Shown here in pieces: positions 62,102 to 64,000 of a DNA stretch of 64,000 nucleotides. Below the pieces are notes generated by a model. The model saw nothing but the letters and a program-made list of their open reading frames with translations, searched no databases and had not been told where the DNA came from. The stretch covers positions 64,001 to 128,000 of the forward strand of contig CAVSAC010000012.1 in NCBI GenBank assembly GCA_963725865.1, read 5' to 3'. This DNA is from Candidatus Eiseniibacteriota bacterium. Its GTDB lineage: Bacteria > Eisenbacteria > RBG-16-71-46. Position 1 is the stretch's first letter. Each line of letters begins with the position of its first letter. Made by a program: the position numbers and the translations under genes.

Positions 62102-62718
62102 GTGCGCGGCGCCTCGAGCCCGTGCAGCCGCAGGGGCCGGGTGATCGACCAAGCCTCGTACACGCAGATCGCGAGGAACACCGCGTCCATCAGGCCGAGC
62201 CCGGTCCCCACCACGCGCACGAACAGCTCCGCGCTCTGCGGGATCACGCCGATGCGAAACGACTCGCCCTGTTTCGCGAGCGCTTGATTGATGAACGTCA
62301 TGTTCACGAGGTACGTGCCGGCCACGAAGCTCACGATCGAGACCGCGATCGCGATCGCTTGCAGTCCCACCGAGCGCTTGCCGCCGGCGAAGCGCACGAC
62401 GCCGTGGCCGACCAGGAACCCGATCGCGACCGCGATGAGCCCGAACGCGATGTGGGTGAGCGCGGTGAAGCCCCACCACACCAGCGCCCCCAGCGCCCCA
62501 CCCAGTACCGCCCCGAGCGTGGCAGCGGGGTAGGGGATGTCCGAGCCCATCGCGGCCACGGCCTGGCGCAGCTCCTCGCGCAGCGTCTCGTAGCACGCGC
62601 TGCAGAACACCCGGTCTCCCGCCGCGACTCGATCGCCGGGCGAGAGGGATCTGCCGCAGCGGGCGCATGCCTCGGCGCCGATCGCGGGCGTGGCGTCGAT
62701 GCGCGTGGGATCGGTCAT
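62098..62718 (-). CDS. Membrane protein with N-terminal zinc-finger-like motif
   Basis: CARC-x14-CSAC then four hydrophobic segments; GGAGG RBS. Confidence 0.75.
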   Translation of the reverse strand: MTDPTRIDATPAIGAEACARCGRSLSPGDRVAAGDRVFCSACYETLREELRQAVAAMGSDIPYPAATLGAVLGGALGALVWWGFTALTHIAFGLIAVAIGFLVGHGVVRFAGGKRSVGLQAIAIAVSIVSFVAGTYLVNMTFINQALAKQGESFRIGVIPQSAELFVRVVGTGLGLMDAVFLAICVYEAWSITRPLRLHGLEAPRT

Positions 62719-62782
62719 GGGCACCTCCGCGCGCAGGCTACGGGCCGCCCGCGGAGCGGTCAACGCCGAAGCACCGCGGAGC

Positions 62783-62811
62783 TTGACGCCCGCGCGCGCG
62801 GCCGACACTCT
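62783..62811 (+). promoter_or_regulatory. Sigma-70-like promoter, probably leaderless
   Basis: TTGACG-17 bp-CACTCT, 7 nt before ATG 62819. Confidence 0.55.
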
Positions 62812-62818
62812 TCCGCGC

Positions 62819-63644
62819 ATGACGTCCGACGAGGCGCCCTACGTCCACGGCACCGATCCGCTCGAGCAGGCGCGCCTGACGCGCCTCAACGAGCTGATGA
62901 ACGCGGCCTCGCTGCGCGAGCTGGCGCTGGCGGGCGGCGAGCGGGTGCTGGACCTCGGCTGCGGGCTCGCTCAGCTCACGCGCGCGATGGCGCGGATCGC
63001 GGGGGTGCGCGCGCTGGGCATCGAGCGCAGCGCCGAGCAGCTCGCCGAGGCCGCGCGCCAGGCGCAGGCGGCCGGCGAGGCCGACGCTGATCGAGCTGCG
63101 CGCCGGCGACGCCCAGGCGCCGCCGCTGGCCGCGCACGAGTGGGGCGCGTTCGACCTCGCGCACGCGCGCTTCGTGCTCGAGCACGTGGCCGATCCGCTG
63201 GCGGTGGTGCGCGCGATGGTGCGCGCGGTGCGTCCCGGCGGACGGATCGTGCTGGCGGACGACGACCACGACGTGCTGCGACTGTGGCCCGCACCGGCCG
63301 GCCTCGCCGAGGTGTGGGCCGCCTACCAGCGCAGCTACCTGCGCGCCGGGCGCGATCCGATCGTCGGCCGGCGCCTGGTCGAGCTGCTGAGCGCGGCCGG
63401 CGCGCGACCGCGGCGGTGCACGTGGGTGTTCTTCGGAGCCTGCGCCGGCCAGCCCGGATTCGCGGACCTGGTCGAGAATCTCGCCCACATCCTCGAAGGC
63501 GCGCGCTCGGCGATCGTGGCGGCCGGTCCGCTGGAGCCTGCCGCGGTCGACGCTGCGGCCGCGGAGGTGCGCTCGTGGGGCCGCCGGCCGGACGCCGCAC
63601 TCTGGTATGCGATGGCATGGGCCGAGGGTTTGGCTGCGGGATGA
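62819..63644 (+). CDS. Class I SAM-dependent methyltransferase; frameshift near 63085
   Basis: YVHG....EQ.RL, VLDLGCG, FDLAHARFVLEH..DP, RPGG. Confidence 0.85.
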
Positions 63645-63757
63645 CGTAGTATGGCCGTCAAGTCGGCCGGGCTGCTGGAGCCTCGGAGCCTCCTCAACCC
63701 GTTGCCGAGCAACTCCGTCTGGGGGCGGCTCGTAGACCGAGCGCGCTGCCGGACGGA

Positions 63758-63786
63758 TTGACGGGTCGCGAGCCTTGGTCTAGCGT
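63758..63786 (+). promoter_or_regulatory. Sigma-70 promoter
   Basis: TTGACG-17 bp-TAGCGT upstream of 63843. Confidence 0.55.
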
Positions 63787-63842
63787 GCCGCGCCGTCCAG
63801 GTCGCTACCCCCGAGTAACGGTTCCTTACAAGGAGGCAAGGC

Positions 63843-64000
63843 ATGAAGAAGATCGTGATCCTGACGGGGCTGCTGATGCTCGTCGCGAGTGCTTCGTTCG
63901 CCGCGGTCGGCGACATGTGGTTCGGCGTCACCGGCGGCGCCGCGTTGCCCAACGGTCCGGTGGGCAGTGCTTACAAGACCGGATACGGCGGCACCATCTA
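63843..64000 (+). CDS. Exported protein, probable outer-membrane beta-barrel (runs off window)
   Basis: AAGGAGG RBS; MKKIVIL..ASFA signal peptide; FGVTGGAALP.G....YKTGY.G. Confidence 0.65.
   Translation, partial: MKKIVILTGLLMLVASASFAAVGDMWFGVTGGAALPNGPVGSAYKTGYGGTI

Overview
High-GC bacterial chromosome segment. Its many single-base frameshifts suggest an unpolished long-read assembly. The many secreted proteins ending in a T9SS-type-A/FlgD-Ig-like C-terminal domain (CTD) suggest an FCB-affiliated lineage such as Ca. Eisenbacteria (inference). Contents in order: (1) a fused dihydropyrimidine-dehydrogenase-like gene, an ECF sigma operon and a Ser/Thr kinase; (2) a ~20 kb secretome block with a 14-repeat FG-GAP protein, two tandem cassettes each pairing a GH32-like glycosidase with a 14-blade propeller protein, orphan CTD tails, a GH53 lipoprotein and a secreted endonuclease I; (3) a carbamate kinase-ygeW-ygeY operon with divergent PLP enzymes; (4) PBP1B next to an apparent cytoplasmic YkuD(ElsL-like)-MurC-like fusion; (5) a 12.5 kb IS256 composite transposon with a 9-bp target duplication, carrying a 2,6-dideoxysugar/GT2/GT-C glycosylation module, ACP/PPTase and an IS1380-SDR chimera; (6) ispG, a site-2 protease and a methyltransferase. 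No rRNA, tRNA or CRISPR array was seen. Family calls come from motif recognition by eye, not database searches.
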